Source of the DNA: Bacteroidota bacterium
Lineage (GTDB): Bacteria; Bacteroidota; Bacteroidia; Flavobacteriales_D; JABDKJ01
Length of the DNA stretch: 64,000 nucleotides
Direction: 5' to 3'
Assembly (NCBI GenBank): GCA_024279715.1
Contig: JAJRRH010000106.1
Location: 17,102 to 81,101, forward strand
Part shown: one piece after another, positions 54,889 to 64,000 of the stretch
How the letters are laid out: each line of letters opens with the position of its first letter
Numbering within the stretch: the stretch's first letter is position 1
The notes under the pieces: generated by a model
Seen by the model: the letters and a program-made list of their open reading frames with translations, nothing else
Databases searched by the model: none
Told to the model about the DNA's origin: nothing
Translations under genes and position numbers: made by a program

Positions 54889-55887
54889 CTATACGATTTT
54901 CATTCCGACAGCTGCTGCTACCTTTTGAAGTGTTCCGTAAAGCTCCTTAAATTCAGGGTGTGTTAGTTGTTGATTGGCATCTGACCAAGCTTTTCGTGGG
55001 GTTGGATGCGCTTCAATAAGCACACCATCTACTCCCATTGCGACAGAGGCTCTAGCTAAATCAGGCACACCATATGCATAACCCATCGCATGACTTGGAT
55101 CAAGTATGATGGGTAAATTAGTATGCTCTTTAAGGAAACTAACACCACAAAGATCAAATGTAAATCTTGTCTTTGTTTCAAATGTCCTAATTCCACGTTC
55201 GCAAAGAATAACATTTTCGTTACCACCGGATAGAATAAACTCCGAAGCCTGAACAAATTCTTGAAGGGTAGTTCCAAAACCACGCTTAAGAAGAACTGGT
55301 TTATTGGCTTTTCCACATCTTCTTAAAATTCCATGATCATACATAGATTTCGCACCTATTTGAATGACATCGGTAAATTCAATTACATCTTCAATATGAG
55401 TAGCATCTCTAACTTCCGTAACAATGCTTACGCCAAACTTCTCTCTCATCTTAGCTAGTAATTCAAGTCCTTCACGACCTAAACCTTGAAAACTATAAGG
55501 AGAAGTTCTAGGTTTATAGCATCCAGCACGAAGCGCGTGAATTCCCATTCCACTTAGAAAAGTTGCGGATTCTGTTATCTGTTGCTCCGTTTCAACAGAA
55601 CAAGGACCAGCAATTACAAGCGTGTTGTTTGTATTGCCTCCAATAGTTACCTTACCCACCGTTACCTCTCTCGTGTCTTTTCGATAGTCTTTACTAGCTA
55701 ACTGAATATCAGAAGTCATTGGAAAAAAAGAATCGACTTTATCCATGATGCTATCGTCCAATTCTTGAAGTTTTGATGGTGTTACTAATACTTCTTGTCC
55801 TGGCTTTTTGATGTGAACTGCTTTGAGTTGTACCGCTAATTTTGCGGCCTCGTCAGTAGTTACATTGTTTTTTAAATGTACTATCAT
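54889..55887 (-). CDS. 3-deoxy-7-phosphoheptulonate (DAHP) synthase, type I-beta, with N-terminal ferredoxin-like regulatory domain
   Basis: GPCSVE metal site, KPRTSPYSFQGLG, VLLKRGF and ILCERGIRTF resemble the Thermotoga-type DAHPS closely. The IGARN motif is altered to IGAKS. Confidence 0.85.
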   Translation of the reverse strand: MIVHLKNNVTTDEAAKLAVQLKAVHIKKPGQEVLVTPSKLQELDDSIMDKVDSFFPMTSDIQLASKDYRKDTREVTVGKVTIGGNTNNTLVIAGPCSVETEQQITESATFLSGMGIHALRAGCYKPRTSPYSFQGLGREGLELLAKMREKFGVSIVTEVRDATHIEDVIEFTDVIQIGAKSMYDHGILRRCGKANKPVLLKRGFGTTLQEFVQASEFILSGGNENVILCERGIRTFETKTRFTFDLCGVSFLKEHTNLPIILDPSHAMGYAYGVPDLARASVAMGVDGVLIEAHPTPRKAWSDANQQLTHPEFKELYGTLQKVAAAVGMKIV

Positions 55888-56900
55888 AATTCTCCCTTGA
55901 TTAGATTTTGGAAGGCGATGCTTCCAGTTACAATATTGTTGTTATCAACGATGGGAAGGTAAAGTATAGGGAAATTTAAACCTTTTATAAAAGTCAATAA
56001 TTCCTTGACTGTACTTTCCATGTTAATATATTTCGGATTTATGTTTATTGCTTCTTCAGCACTAGTCTTACCAATGTCTTTATGGTTTTTAATTAATGCT
56101 TTTCTAATATCCGCATTACTACATATACCATAGAGACTACCGTCGTCATTAGTAATGATACAAAACCCCATTTTGAAGTTATCAATAGTTCTTAGAAGCT
56201 GATTAAAATCGATGCTATTCCTTTGTAAAACAGGGCTATTTTCGATTGAAATCATAAAGTCTTTTAGATGATACTCTGAATCAATCTCTCTGGATTGAAG
56301 TTGTAACAAGGCTTGTCCGACCGAGTTTTGTTTAAATAAAAATGATCCAGACACGGAAGCATATACTCCCATATTCCGTAGAATGAATGAGACTTCCGCA
56401 TTTACTCCACCATCTACATGTACCTTCTTCTCAGGATGATTTCTTCGAAACTCGCGTATCTTTTGAAAATTATGCTTGTCAAAAACGCCACCACTCTGCC
56501 CAGGAACAGTAGCCATAATCAATATAAAATCAAAAATATCTTCATAGTCATCAAAAACAGAAACTGGCGTGTTTGTGGTTATTGCCAAACCCCATTTTGT
56601 AGAATCATTCTTAGTTCTAACAAGTTTTTCCTCTAAGTCCTCGTGCTGAAAAGTTACATACTCTACTGGGGTATTCTCAAGTAATTCATAATACTTAGAG
56701 GGGTTTCTGGTGATTATATGCAAATCCACGGGTATTTTTGTCCATGCTCTTAATTCCGCAATATCACTCATTACTTTGATGTCATCATTACAATCAACAT
56801 GGAGTAAATCCACACCACTTTCATCTAACTTATGTATAGTTTCTTTTAGACCTTGGCCTTTGTTAGAATAGATAGATGCGGATATTTTCATTGGGGACAA
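55884..56900 (-). CDS. ribulose-phosphate 3-epimerase-like TIM barrel fused to a C-terminal CBS pair
   Basis: RPE motifs are retained: LLHVDCNDD (H-x-D), DLHIIT (His), IMATVPGQSGG and VHVDGGVN (Asp). About 120 aa of C-terminal tandem CBS-like sequence follows. The stop overlaps the DAHPS start (ATGA). Confidence 0.7.
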   Translation of the reverse strand: MSPMKISASIYSNKGQGLKETIHKLDESGVDLLHVDCNDDIKVMSDIAELRAWTKIPVDLHIITRNPSKYYELLENTPVEYVTFQHEDLEEKLVRTKNDSTKWGLAITTNTPVSVFDDYEDIFDFILIMATVPGQSGGVFDKHNFQKIREFRRNHPEKKVHVDGGVNAEVSFILRNMGVYASVSGSFLFKQNSVGQALLQLQSREIDSEYHLKDFMISIENSPVLQRNSIDFNQLLRTIDNFKMGFCIITNDDGSLYGICSNADIRKALIKNHKDIGKTSAEEAININPKYINMESTVKELLTFIKGLNFPILYLPIVDNNNIVTGSIAFQNLIKGEL

Positions 56901-57218
56901 ATTTAGGAATTAATCTTAATCAAATGTCATGCTTGAATATGGGATAACAACAGTAACCTGTTTAGATATTGTCTATTTAAAAATCCATCATTAATTTAAA
57001 GAATATTGTTATCTAAACTTATCGTTTTGATGTGTAATTTTATTGAGCCCATTCTTCTGAATATGCGTTAACGTATATCTGGTAGAATTAATAAAATTGG
57101 TAATTACACAATATCTGTATGTTCTTATGAATTTAATATAGCTAACATGGAGTAGTTTTAATTAACTATAACAATACAATACAAAATAATTAATCCTTGC
57201 GCATCCATTCAATATTTG

Positions 57219-57226
57219 TACTTTTG
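57219..57226 (+). promoter_or_regulatory. candidate -7 box TACTTTTG for mnmG
   Basis: Matches TAnnTTTG, about 97 nt upstream of the mnmG ATG. No clean -33 box was seen. Confidence 0.3.
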
Positions 57227-57300
57227 TAATTAGTCTAATAAAATTTAGCCTATATAAACATATATGCTTGTTTTTCAATTACTTAAATCAATAAAACAAA

Positions 57301-57316
57301 TGTTCCACGTGGAACA
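57301..57316. repeat. 16-bp perfect palindrome TGTTCCACGTGGAACA (copy 1, 6 nt upstream of the mnmG ATG)
   Basis: Read directly and identical to 59206..59221. Preceded by AAAACAAA. Confidence 0.95.
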
Positions 57317-57322
57317 CTACAT

Positions 57323-59197
57323 ATGTTAGGAGAATATGATGTAATCGTTGTAGGTGCTGGTCATGCTGGTAACGAAGCAGCCGCGGCGGCGGCGAACCTT
57401 GGGTCTAAGACATTGTTGATTACAATGAACATGGAATTCATGGGTCAGATGTCTTGTAATCCAGCAATGGGTGGTGTGGCTAAAGGCCAAATAGTTCGAG
57501 AAATAGATGCCCTTGGTGGCTATTCAGGAATCGTATCAGATAAAAGCACGATACAATTTAGAATGCTAAACCTATCAAAAGGTCCGGCAATGTGGAGCCC
57601 AAGAACCCAGAATGATCGCAAATTGTTTACTATTGAATGGCGTAAAATGTTAGAGCAGACCGTCAATTTAGATTTTTGGCAGGATATGGTTGTTGGTCTA
57701 ATTATAAAAGATGGTAAGATATCAGGTGTTAAAACTCAAATGGGTATTGAAGTGAAATCAAAATCAGTTGTTCTGACGAATGGTACATTTCTAAATGGAA
57801 TTATTCACCTTGGTGAAAAACAATTTAGTGGAGGACGAGCAGGTGAAAGAGCAGCTACTGGTATAACGGCACAGTTGATAGAAATGGGCTTTGAGAGTGG
57901 TAGGATGAAAACTGGAACTCCACCGCGTGTGGATGGAAGAAGCTTAAACTTTGATTTAATGGAAGAACAAAAAGGTGATGAAAACGCGCAAAAGTTTTCT
58001 TACCTTACAGATATTCTGCCAGTACAGAAACAACGAAGCTGTTATATTACCTATACTTCACCTGAAGTTCATGAACTCTTGAAAGAAGGATTTGACAGAT
58101 CACCAATGTTTAACGGAAGGATACAAGGTATAGGCCCTCGTTATTGCCCATCCATTGAAGATAAAATTGAGAGGTTTTCTGAACGAGATAGACACCAACT
58201 TTTTGTTGAACCTGAAGGATGGGATACTGTTGAAATATATGTCAATGGTTTCTCCACAAGTCTGCCTGAGGAGGTGCAATTAAAAGCATTACGCCAAATA
58301 AAAGGATTTGAAAATGTAAAAATGTTTAGACCTGGATATGCTATCGAATATGACTACTTTCCACCTACTCAACTTAAACACACATTGGAAACCAAATTAT
58401 TTGACAACCTATTTTTTGCTGGTCAAATTAATGGTACGACAGGGTATGAAGAAGCTGCTTGCCAGGGTTTGATGGCAGGTATAAATGCGCATCAAAAAAT
58501 TTCGGGGAAAGAAGAATTCATACTTGGACGTGATGAAGCCTATATTGGTGTATTGATTGATGACTTGATTACGAAAGGAACCGAGGAGCCTTATCGTATG
58601 TTCACTTCGCGCGCTGAGTTTAGATTGCTTTTAAGACAAGATAACGCCGATTTGAGACTGACTGAAAAAGGATATAACCTTGGGTTGGCTTCTCAAGAAA
58701 GAATGGATCGTTTAGTTGAAAAAAATGAAAAAAGAACACAACTCATTAAGTATTTTAAGACAACAAGCATTAGACCTGAGACAATAAATAAAGGACTAGA
58801 AAAATGGGGGAGTGCGCCATTAAAACAAAGTGTCAAACTAAAGTCAGTACTTTCAAGACCAAATATTACTACCACTAAATTACGTAAAGAAATATCATTT
58901 TTAGACGAATATCTTACCATTGAACTCAATGATGATGTTGAAATTATCGAGCAAGCAGAAATAGAAATGAAGTATGAGGGCTATATTCGTAAGGAACAAG
59001 AACAGTCTATCAAGATGAAAAAGCTGGAGAATGTTAGACTCAAGGAAGGGTTTGATTATAGCTCTTTAGTATCGCTTTCTTCTGAAGCTGTTGAAAAACT
59101 CAATAAAATTAAGCCGATAACACTTGGACAAGCTGCACGAATAAGTGGGGTAAGCCCTTCCGATATTTCGGTATTATTGGTACATCTAGGTAGGTAG
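57323..59197 (+). CDS. mnmG: tRNA uridine-5-carboxymethylaminomethyl(34) synthesis enzyme MnmG
   Basis: 624 aa. FAD-binding N-terminus [16 protein letters not shown] and a conserved GidA core ([11 protein letters not shown]). Confidence 0.95.
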   Translation: MLGEYDVIVVGAGHAGNEAAAAAANLGSKTLLITMNMEFMGQMSCNPAMGGVAKGQIVREIDALGGYSGIVSDKSTIQFRMLNLSKGPAMWSPRTQNDRKLFTIEWRKMLEQTVNLDFWQDMVVGLIIKDGKISGVKTQMGIEVKSKSVVLTNGTFLNGIIHLGEKQFSGGRAGERAATGITAQLIEMGFESGRMKTGTPPRVDGRSLNFDLMEEQKGDENAQKFSYLTDILPVQKQRSCYITYTSPEVHELLKEGFDRSPMFNGRIQGIGPRYCPSIEDKIERFSERDRHQLFVEPEGWDTVEIYVNGFSTSLPEEVQLKALRQIKGFENVKMFRPGYAIEYDYFPPTQLKHTLETKLFDNLFFAGQINGTTGYEEAACQGLMAGINAHQKISGKEEFILGRDEAYIGVLIDDLITKGTEEPYRMFTSRAEFRLLLRQDNADLRLTEKGYNLGLASQERMDRLVEKNEKRTQLIKYFKTTSIRPETINKGLEKWGSAPLKQSVKLKSVLSRPNITTTKLRKEISFLDEYLTIELNDDVEIIEQAEIEMKYEGYIRKEQEQSIKMKKLENVRLKEGFDYSSLVSLSSEAVEKLNKIKPITLGQAARISGVSPSDISVLLVHLGR

Positions 59198-59205
59198 GAG
59201 GGAAG

Positions 59206-59221
59206 TGTTCCACGTGGAACA
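59206..59221. repeat. 16-bp perfect palindrome TGTTCCACGTGGAACA (copy 2, 8 nt after the mnmG stop; possible terminator hairpin)
   Basis: Read directly. Followed by TTTTC, so it could act as a short intrinsic terminator for mnmG. Confidence 0.95.
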
Positions 59222-59559
59222 TTTTCAAGATATATTTCTACTTGGCATCATTTGATTCTATTGAATGAATTATCAAAAGTAAAAATCAACGTTTTAAATT
59301 TTAAATACTTTACCTTTTTGAAACAAATATTCAACCTTAAGGACTACTAATAATTTCAATAGCTAAATATAATTCAACATGTCAGATCTCCGTAAATCAC
59401 ACCAATATTAGACGTGTTAACCGCCTTAGGAGCCCAATAAAGCATTGAAATCACATCAAGGGTGTTCACCCTCTAAAAGTGTGGGTTCGTTCCTTCTTGG
59501 GTAGATTGTATTGGGTTGATAATGTGACGCTTATTCTAAAACCCACCAAAACTAACCTA

Positions 59560-59578
59560 AATGCAATTAAATTGCATT
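59560..59578. promoter_or_regulatory. 19-bp palindrome AATGCAATT-A-AATTGCATT upstream of the ALDH7-type gene (candidate operator)
   Basis: Perfect 9-bp arms with a 1-nt spacer. It ends 31 nt upstream of the candidate -7 box. Confidence 0.35.
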
Positions 59579-59609
59579 AAACAATCTTTCATTCCTGCTC
59601 CTTTCTAAG

Positions 59610-59617
59610 TATCTTTG
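59610..59617 (+). promoter_or_regulatory. candidate -7 box TATCTTTG for the ALDH7-type gene
   Basis: Matches TAnnTTTG, 26 nt upstream of ATG 59643. Confidence 0.35.
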
Positions 59618-59642
59618 CATAAAATTAATAAAGTCATAAATA

Positions 59643-61193
59643 ATGCAAGAAACTGTAGAAATGATAAATACAAAAGAAATCTTAAAAAACTTAGGGGTAA
59701 AAGATGTTAACCCAGGTAGTAGTACCGGACAAATTTCATTTGGTGAAGGGGAATTAATTTCATCCTATTCACCCGTTGATGGACAATTAATTGGTAAAGT
59801 TACAGCCACTACTGAATCTGAGTATAATAAAGTAATAGAAACTGCACAGTCTGCCTTTAAAACTTGGCGAACTACACCAGCTCCTAAAAGAGGAGAGATT
59901 GTCCGCCAATTTGGTGATGCTTTAAGGGTTGCTAAGGATGATCTTGGGCAATTGGTATCATATGAAATGGGTAAATCACTACAAGAAGGTTTGGGTGAAG
60001 TACAAGAGATGATTGATATCTGTGATTTTGCAGTGGGCTTGAGTCGCCAATTATATGGATTGACGATGCCTAGTGAAAGACCTAATCACCGGATGTTTGA
60101 ACAATGGCATCCACTCGGTGTTGTTGGAATTATATCTGCATTCAACTTTCCGGTAGCGGTATGGTCATGGAACACTGCATTAGCATGGATTGCTGGTGAC
60201 ACTTGTGTTTGGAAGGCCTCTGAGAAAGCACCGCTATGTTCGATTGCTTGTCAAAATATATTCGCGAAAGTATTAAAGGCAAATGATTTGCCTGAAGGTT
60301 TAAGTTGTATCGTTAATGGTGACTACAAAGTAGGTCAAATGATGACGGCTGATAAAAGAGTACCATTAGTTTCGGCAACAGGCTCTACAAGAATGGGGCG
60401 TATTGTAGGTTCTACGGTTGCAGAAAGGTTTGGTAAAACGATTTTAGAATTGGGTGGTAACAACGCAATAATTATTACGCCAGATGCTGATTTAAAAATG
60501 ACCATCATTGGAGCTGTTTTTGGAGCTGTTGGAACTGCTGGTCAAAGATGTACTAGTACTAGACGATTGATTATTCATGAAAATGTATATGATGATGTGG
60601 TGTCTAAACTAGTAGATGCTTACAAACAAATTAAAATAGGTAGTCCTTTGGATCAATCCAAACATATGGGTCCATTGATTGATAAAGATGCGGTAAATAC
60701 CTATTTATCAGCCATTGAAAAGGCGAAAACCGAAGGGGCAAAATTCGTAGTTGAAGGTGGTGTTTTAGAGGGTGAAGGATATGAATCTGGATGTTATGTA
60801 AAACCATGTATCGCTGAAGTGAAAAACGAATATCAGATCGTGCAAGACGAAACTTTTGCTCCTATTCTATATGTGATGAAATATAAAGAATTGGACGAGG
60901 CGATTGCAATGCAAAATGACGTGGTACAAGGATTATCTTCTGCTATCATGACGAACAATATGCGCGAAGCTGAAATGTTCCTTTGTACGCAAGGTAGTGA
61001 TTGTGGTATTGCCAATGTTAACATTGGAACAAGTGGTGCTGAAATTGGTGGTGCTTTTGGTGGAGAAAAAGAGACCGGAGGCGGACGTGAATCCGGATCT
61101 GATGCGTGGAAAGCATATATGAGAAGACAAACAAATACTGTTAACTATGGTGCTGATTTACCTTTGGCGCAAGGAATTACTTTTGATTTGTAA
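59643..61193 (+). CDS. aldehyde dehydrogenase, ALDH7 (alpha-aminoadipic semialdehyde / piperideine-6-carboxylate dehydrogenase)-like
   Basis: 516 aa ALDH fold with catalytic Glu ELGGNNA and Cys GQRCTSTRR. The N-terminal and C-terminal pattern ([11 protein letters not shown]) is typical of ALDH7-type enzymes. The subfamily call is from memory. Confidence 0.75.
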   Translation: MQETVEMINTKEILKNLGVKDVNPGSSTGQISFGEGELISSYSPVDGQLIGKVTATTESEYNKVIETAQSAFKTWRTTPAPKRGEIVRQFGDALRVAKDDLGQLVSYEMGKSLQEGLGEVQEMIDICDFAVGLSRQLYGLTMPSERPNHRMFEQWHPLGVVGIISAFNFPVAVWSWNTALAWIAGDTCVWKASEKAPLCSIACQNIFAKVLKANDLPEGLSCIVNGDYKVGQMMTADKRVPLVSATGSTRMGRIVGSTVAERFGKTILELGGNNAIIITPDADLKMTIIGAVFGAVGTAGQRCTSTRRLIIHENVYDDVVSKLVDAYKQIKIGSPLDQSKHMGPLIDKDAVNTYLSAIEKAKTEGAKFVVEGGVLEGEGYESGCYVKPCIAEVKNEYQIVQDETFAPILYVMKYKELDEAIAMQNDVVQGLSSAIMTNNMREAEMFLCTQGSDCGIANVNIGTSGAEIGGAFGGEKETGGGRESGSDAWKAYMRRQTNTVNYGADLPLAQGITFDL

Positions 61194-61213
61194 TTCTATA
61201 TTTTGATGATTTT

Positions 61214-61248
61214 AAAAAGCACTGTTCCAAGGGAACAGTGCTTTTTTT
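61214..61248 (+). terminator. rho-independent (bidirectional-looking) terminator
   Basis: AAAAA-GCACTGTTCC-AAG-GGAACAGTGC-TTTTTTT: a 10-bp perfect stem, an A-run before it and a T-run after it. Confidence 0.9.
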
Positions 61249-61508
61249 ATGCCTATCTCGAAGACTCTATTTGATTAAAACATCACGTATGGATTTGTAT
61301 GGATGTTTCGCTAAATTTTTCAAAGTGATATGGTTGATACAACCTGTTTAATCATTGTGAAAATTAGGTTAAAAACATACTGTTCATTCTACCTTGTAAT
61401 ACGGAGGGTTTACATCAGAATTATTCCTCAACGAACTTAGGAATATGATTATCTAATTATAATACACTTGTAGTTTAGTAAGATATTTGTATTTTTATAC
61501 CTAACATT

Positions 61509-62759
61509 ATGATGCAAAAATTATTAATTCTTGTCCTTGTTGTATTCTACTCTTGCACAGATAGTACTGTTAAGACCGGTAAGACTATTAACATAGAGGT
61601 AAAACTTGAAATGAAACCAGGTGTCTGGCGTTTGTTATTGGATATTGAGAAGGATAAACTACCTTTTAATTTTGAGTATTCCACAAAAGATGGTAAGAAT
61701 ACTATCACTATTACCAATGCTGAAGAACGTATAGAAGCAATAAATGTGGTACAAAAAGGAGATTCAGTTTATTTTGAAACTCCGGTGTTTCCTTCAAAAT
61801 TTTTTGGTAAAATTATTTCTCCAACTGAGTTATCTGGATATTGGATTAATTATGGAAAATCCCCGGAATATAGGTTAAATTTTACAGCACAACACGGTGA
61901 AGATTTTCGTTTTGAAAAACATGGTAAAACCGAATTAGATTTGCCAAAAAAATGGGAGGTTCACTTCAGTCCTAATTCCAAAAAAGATACTTATAATGCT
62001 ATAGGACTATTCACTTTTAAATCACCTAATATTGTCTATGGTACCTTCGCTACTGAAACTGGAGATTATCGGTTTCTAGAAGGTAATCTAGTTGAAAATC
62101 AACTTAATTTGAGTTGTTTTGATGGCTCACACGCATTTCTTTTTAAAGCAACTCTTAAAGGAAATAAACTGTTAGATGGTATGTTTTATTCAGGCAAACA
62201 CTGGGAGGAACCATGGGAAGCTATAGTAAATCCTGAATTCCAATTGAATGATCCTGACCTTATTACTAAAGTTGTTAAAGGTGAAAAATGGCAGAAAATT
62301 AAAGTCCGTGATAGTGATGAAAACCAGGTTTCTTTTGAAGATATGTCTCTTGATAACAAGGTTACCATTATTCAGATTCTTGGTAGCTGGTGTCCAAATT
62401 GCATAGATGAAAGTCGCTACTATACTAGTTTATATGACAAGTTTCATGATGATGGACTTGAGATTATTGGTGTGGCATTTGAGAAAAAAGATGTGGGCCT
62501 CATAAATATTGAACGTATTAAAAAACGAATAGGTATACCCTATGAGATATATCTAGGTGGTGATAAAAGCAAGGTGGTTGCTGATTCATTATTTACTATA
62601 GTAGATAATATTTCATCGTTTCCAACCTCTATTATCATCGATAAAAAAGGGAATATACGACGTATTCATACAGGGTTTTATGGTCCAGGTACAGGTGAAT
62701 ATTATACGGAGTATGTTTCGGAAATGGATGCGTTTATTGTGGAATTAATCGAAGAGTGA
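61509..62759 (+). CDS. TlpA-family thioredoxin-fold lipoprotein (thiol-disulfide oxidoreductase) with an N-terminal domain of unknown function
   Basis: Lipobox-like LILVLVVFYSC. C-terminal thioredoxin fold with ILGSWCPNC. Confidence 0.75.
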   Translation: MMQKLLILVLVVFYSCTDSTVKTGKTINIEVKLEMKPGVWRLLLDIEKDKLPFNFEYSTKDGKNTITITNAEERIEAINVVQKGDSVYFETPVFPSKFFGKIISPTELSGYWINYGKSPEYRLNFTAQHGEDFRFEKHGKTELDLPKKWEVHFSPNSKKDTYNAIGLFTFKSPNIVYGTFATETGDYRFLEGNLVENQLNLSCFDGSHAFLFKATLKGNKLLDGMFYSGKHWEEPWEAIVNPEFQLNDPDLITKVVKGEKWQKIKVRDSDENQVSFEDMSLDNKVTIIQILGSWCPNCIDESRYYTSLYDKFHDDGLEIIGVAFEKKDVGLINIERIKKRIGIPYEIYLGGDKSKVVADSLFTIVDNISSFPTSIIIDKKGNIRRIHTGFYGPGTGEYYTEYVSEMDAFIVELIEE

Positions 62760-62797
62760 TTTACTTATACTTTTTTTGTTTACTGTGTGTAATCGAA

Positions 62798-64000
62798 CTA
62801 CTTTTCATCGATTAATTGTATACGATCCTCCCGATTTGCTAACTCCCATGCGGTATGAAACACCAAACGAGTTATTTCTTCCAACTTACCAAACATTATT
62901 TTATCCACTGTATCCGTAGGTTTGTGATAATCTTCATGAATTCCTGTAAAATAGAAAATAACGGGAATATTATGTTTTGCAAAATTATAATGATCTGAAC
63001 GATAATAAAATCGATTAGGGTCTTCTTTGTCATTATAAGTATAGTCTAACTTAATATCGGAGTACTTTTCCTTTGCTTGCTCATTTATGTTGTGTAACTC
63101 TTGACTTAACATATCAGAACCAATAATATACACATACATACTGTCATTCGTATGTGCTTCATCCACTCGACCTATCATGTCAATATTTAGATTAGCTATA
63201 GTGTTCTCAATAGGAAATACCGCATGATCACTGTAATATTCAGACCCTAGAAGCCCTTTTTCTTCCCCTGAAACATTGAGAAACAATAGGCTTCTTCGTG
63301 ATCCATAACCCTGCTCTTTCGCTAGTTGAAATGCTTGTGCCATTTCTAATACCGCCACAGTCCCTGAACCATCATCATCAGCTCCATTATATACCACTTC
63401 ATCATCGATTCCTATATGGTCGTAATGAGCACTAACCACTATTAATTCATCTTTCTTATCAGTACCTGGTATATAAGCTAGTACATTGGAACTTGTTAAA
63501 ATATTATTATTGCGATTGAATGCTATTGTTATTTCATTATCTATTTCAGTTCCTACAACTTTCAATGGTTTTGACATTCCTTTTTTAAATAGTTTCTTAC
63601 CCATTAACTGAATTGCCATTTTTTCAGATATATAAAAAACAGGCATTGCAGCTTTGCCTTTTTCTTTATTTGCAACGAGACCCATAGTTTTATGAGAAAA
63701 ATAGTTCTTCAATCTATCTAAATTATCCTCATAATCCGTCTTGATTATAAGAAGTGCCATGGCGCCTTTTTCTTTAAATATCTTAACTTTCTTTTCTCGC
63801 ATGGCTGACCAAACGCCAGCTGTCTTTTCACCTGTTATAATGTACTTTCCACTCTTATCGACAGGTTCACCATTCTTTATAATCACAATCTGATTCTTGA
63901 ATTCTATCCCTTTAATGTCATTATATTTTGGATCATCTATTCCATAACCACCATATATTCCTTTTCCCACAAGTATTGTATCTTGTATTCCTGGTGGGTA
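62798..64000 (-). CDS. M28 family zinc peptidase with PA domain, 5' end outside the window
   Basis: Zn-ligand motifs SAHYDH, ADDDGSGT, SGEEKGLLGS and YHKPTD. The frame stays open upstream of the track's GTG 63970 to the window end (YPPGIQDTILV...). Confidence 0.85.
   Translation of the reverse strand, partial: YPPGIQDTILVGKGIYGGYGIDDPKYNDIKGIEFKNQIVIIKNGEPVDKSGKYIITGEKTAGVWSAMREKKVKIFKEKGAMALLIIKTDYEDNLDRLKNYFSHKTMGLVANKEKGKAAMPVFYISEKMAIQLMGKKLFKKGMSKPLKVVGTEIDNEITIAFNRNNNILTSSNVLAYIPGTDKKDELIVVSAHYDHIGIDDEVVYNGADDDGSGTVAVLEMAQAFQLAKEQGYGSRRSLLFLNVSGEEKGLLGSEYYSDHAVFPIENTIANLNIDMIGRVDEAHTNDSMYVYIIGSDMLSQELHNINEQAKEKYSDIKLDYTYNDKEDPNRFYYRSDHYNFAKHNIPVIFYFTGIHEDYHKPTDTVDKIMFGKLEEITRLVFHTAWELANREDRIQLIDEK

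Noticed and set aside
56901-57322. oriC in the AT-rich 420-bp gap next to mnmG (gidA)
   Set aside because: gidA adjacency and AT-richness were suggestive. However, I found no TTATCCACA-type DnaA boxes (best matches 6/9, including the halves of the 16-bp palindrome) and no clear AT-rich 13-mer array. A divergent promoter region is the simpler reading. The inverted 9-mers GTTTAGATA/TATCTAAAC (56960..57018) are weak evidence in DNA this AT-rich.

Overview
AT-rich Bacteroidota chromosome segment, probably from a gliding member of the Flavobacteriales. Support: gldE-gldD next to mutY-ssb, two PorP/SprF genes, five cargo genes with T9SS C-terminal domains, TTTG/TAnnTTTG promoter boxes, and A-rich rather than Shine-Dalgarno start contexts. 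Most of the window is housekeeping: rng, hup, mutY, ssb, lysC, ybeY, gltX, folB, tRNA-Cys, cysDN, mfd, fbp, mnmG, an ALDH7-type dehydrogenase, a TlpA-like protein and an M28 peptidase. All family calls come from motifs read by eye; no searches were run. Main observations: (1) A 4.72-kb cassette of two T9SS type-A cargo genes sits 0 nt after the stop codon of a DUF5686-like gene. It is bracketed by perfect 80-bp direct repeats exactly 4800 bp apart, and it carries no recombinase. (2) Inside that cassette, five copies of an octanucleotide lie between the only upstream ATG and the signal-peptide core of an 898-aa beta-helix cargo protein. Five copies are out of frame; four or seven would restore a textbook signal peptide. 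This is the layout of a slipped-strand phase-variation switch on a translationally coupled two-gene T9SS cargo operon. (3) Two tandem modules each pair a type-B CTD cargo gene with a PorP/SprF gene; one cargo is a 3092-aa SprB-repeat giant. (4) An operon-like run encodes a ribulose-phosphate-epimerase/CBS fusion, a DAHP-synthase type I-beta, an HTH-extended KdsC-like phosphatase and FBPase. (5) Identical 16-bp perfect palindromes lie 6 nt before the start and 8 nt after the stop of mnmG. (6) An ORF missing from the track encodes a 30-aa Arg/Lys-rich bS22-like peptide. (7) cysC is broken by a 1-nt frameshift.
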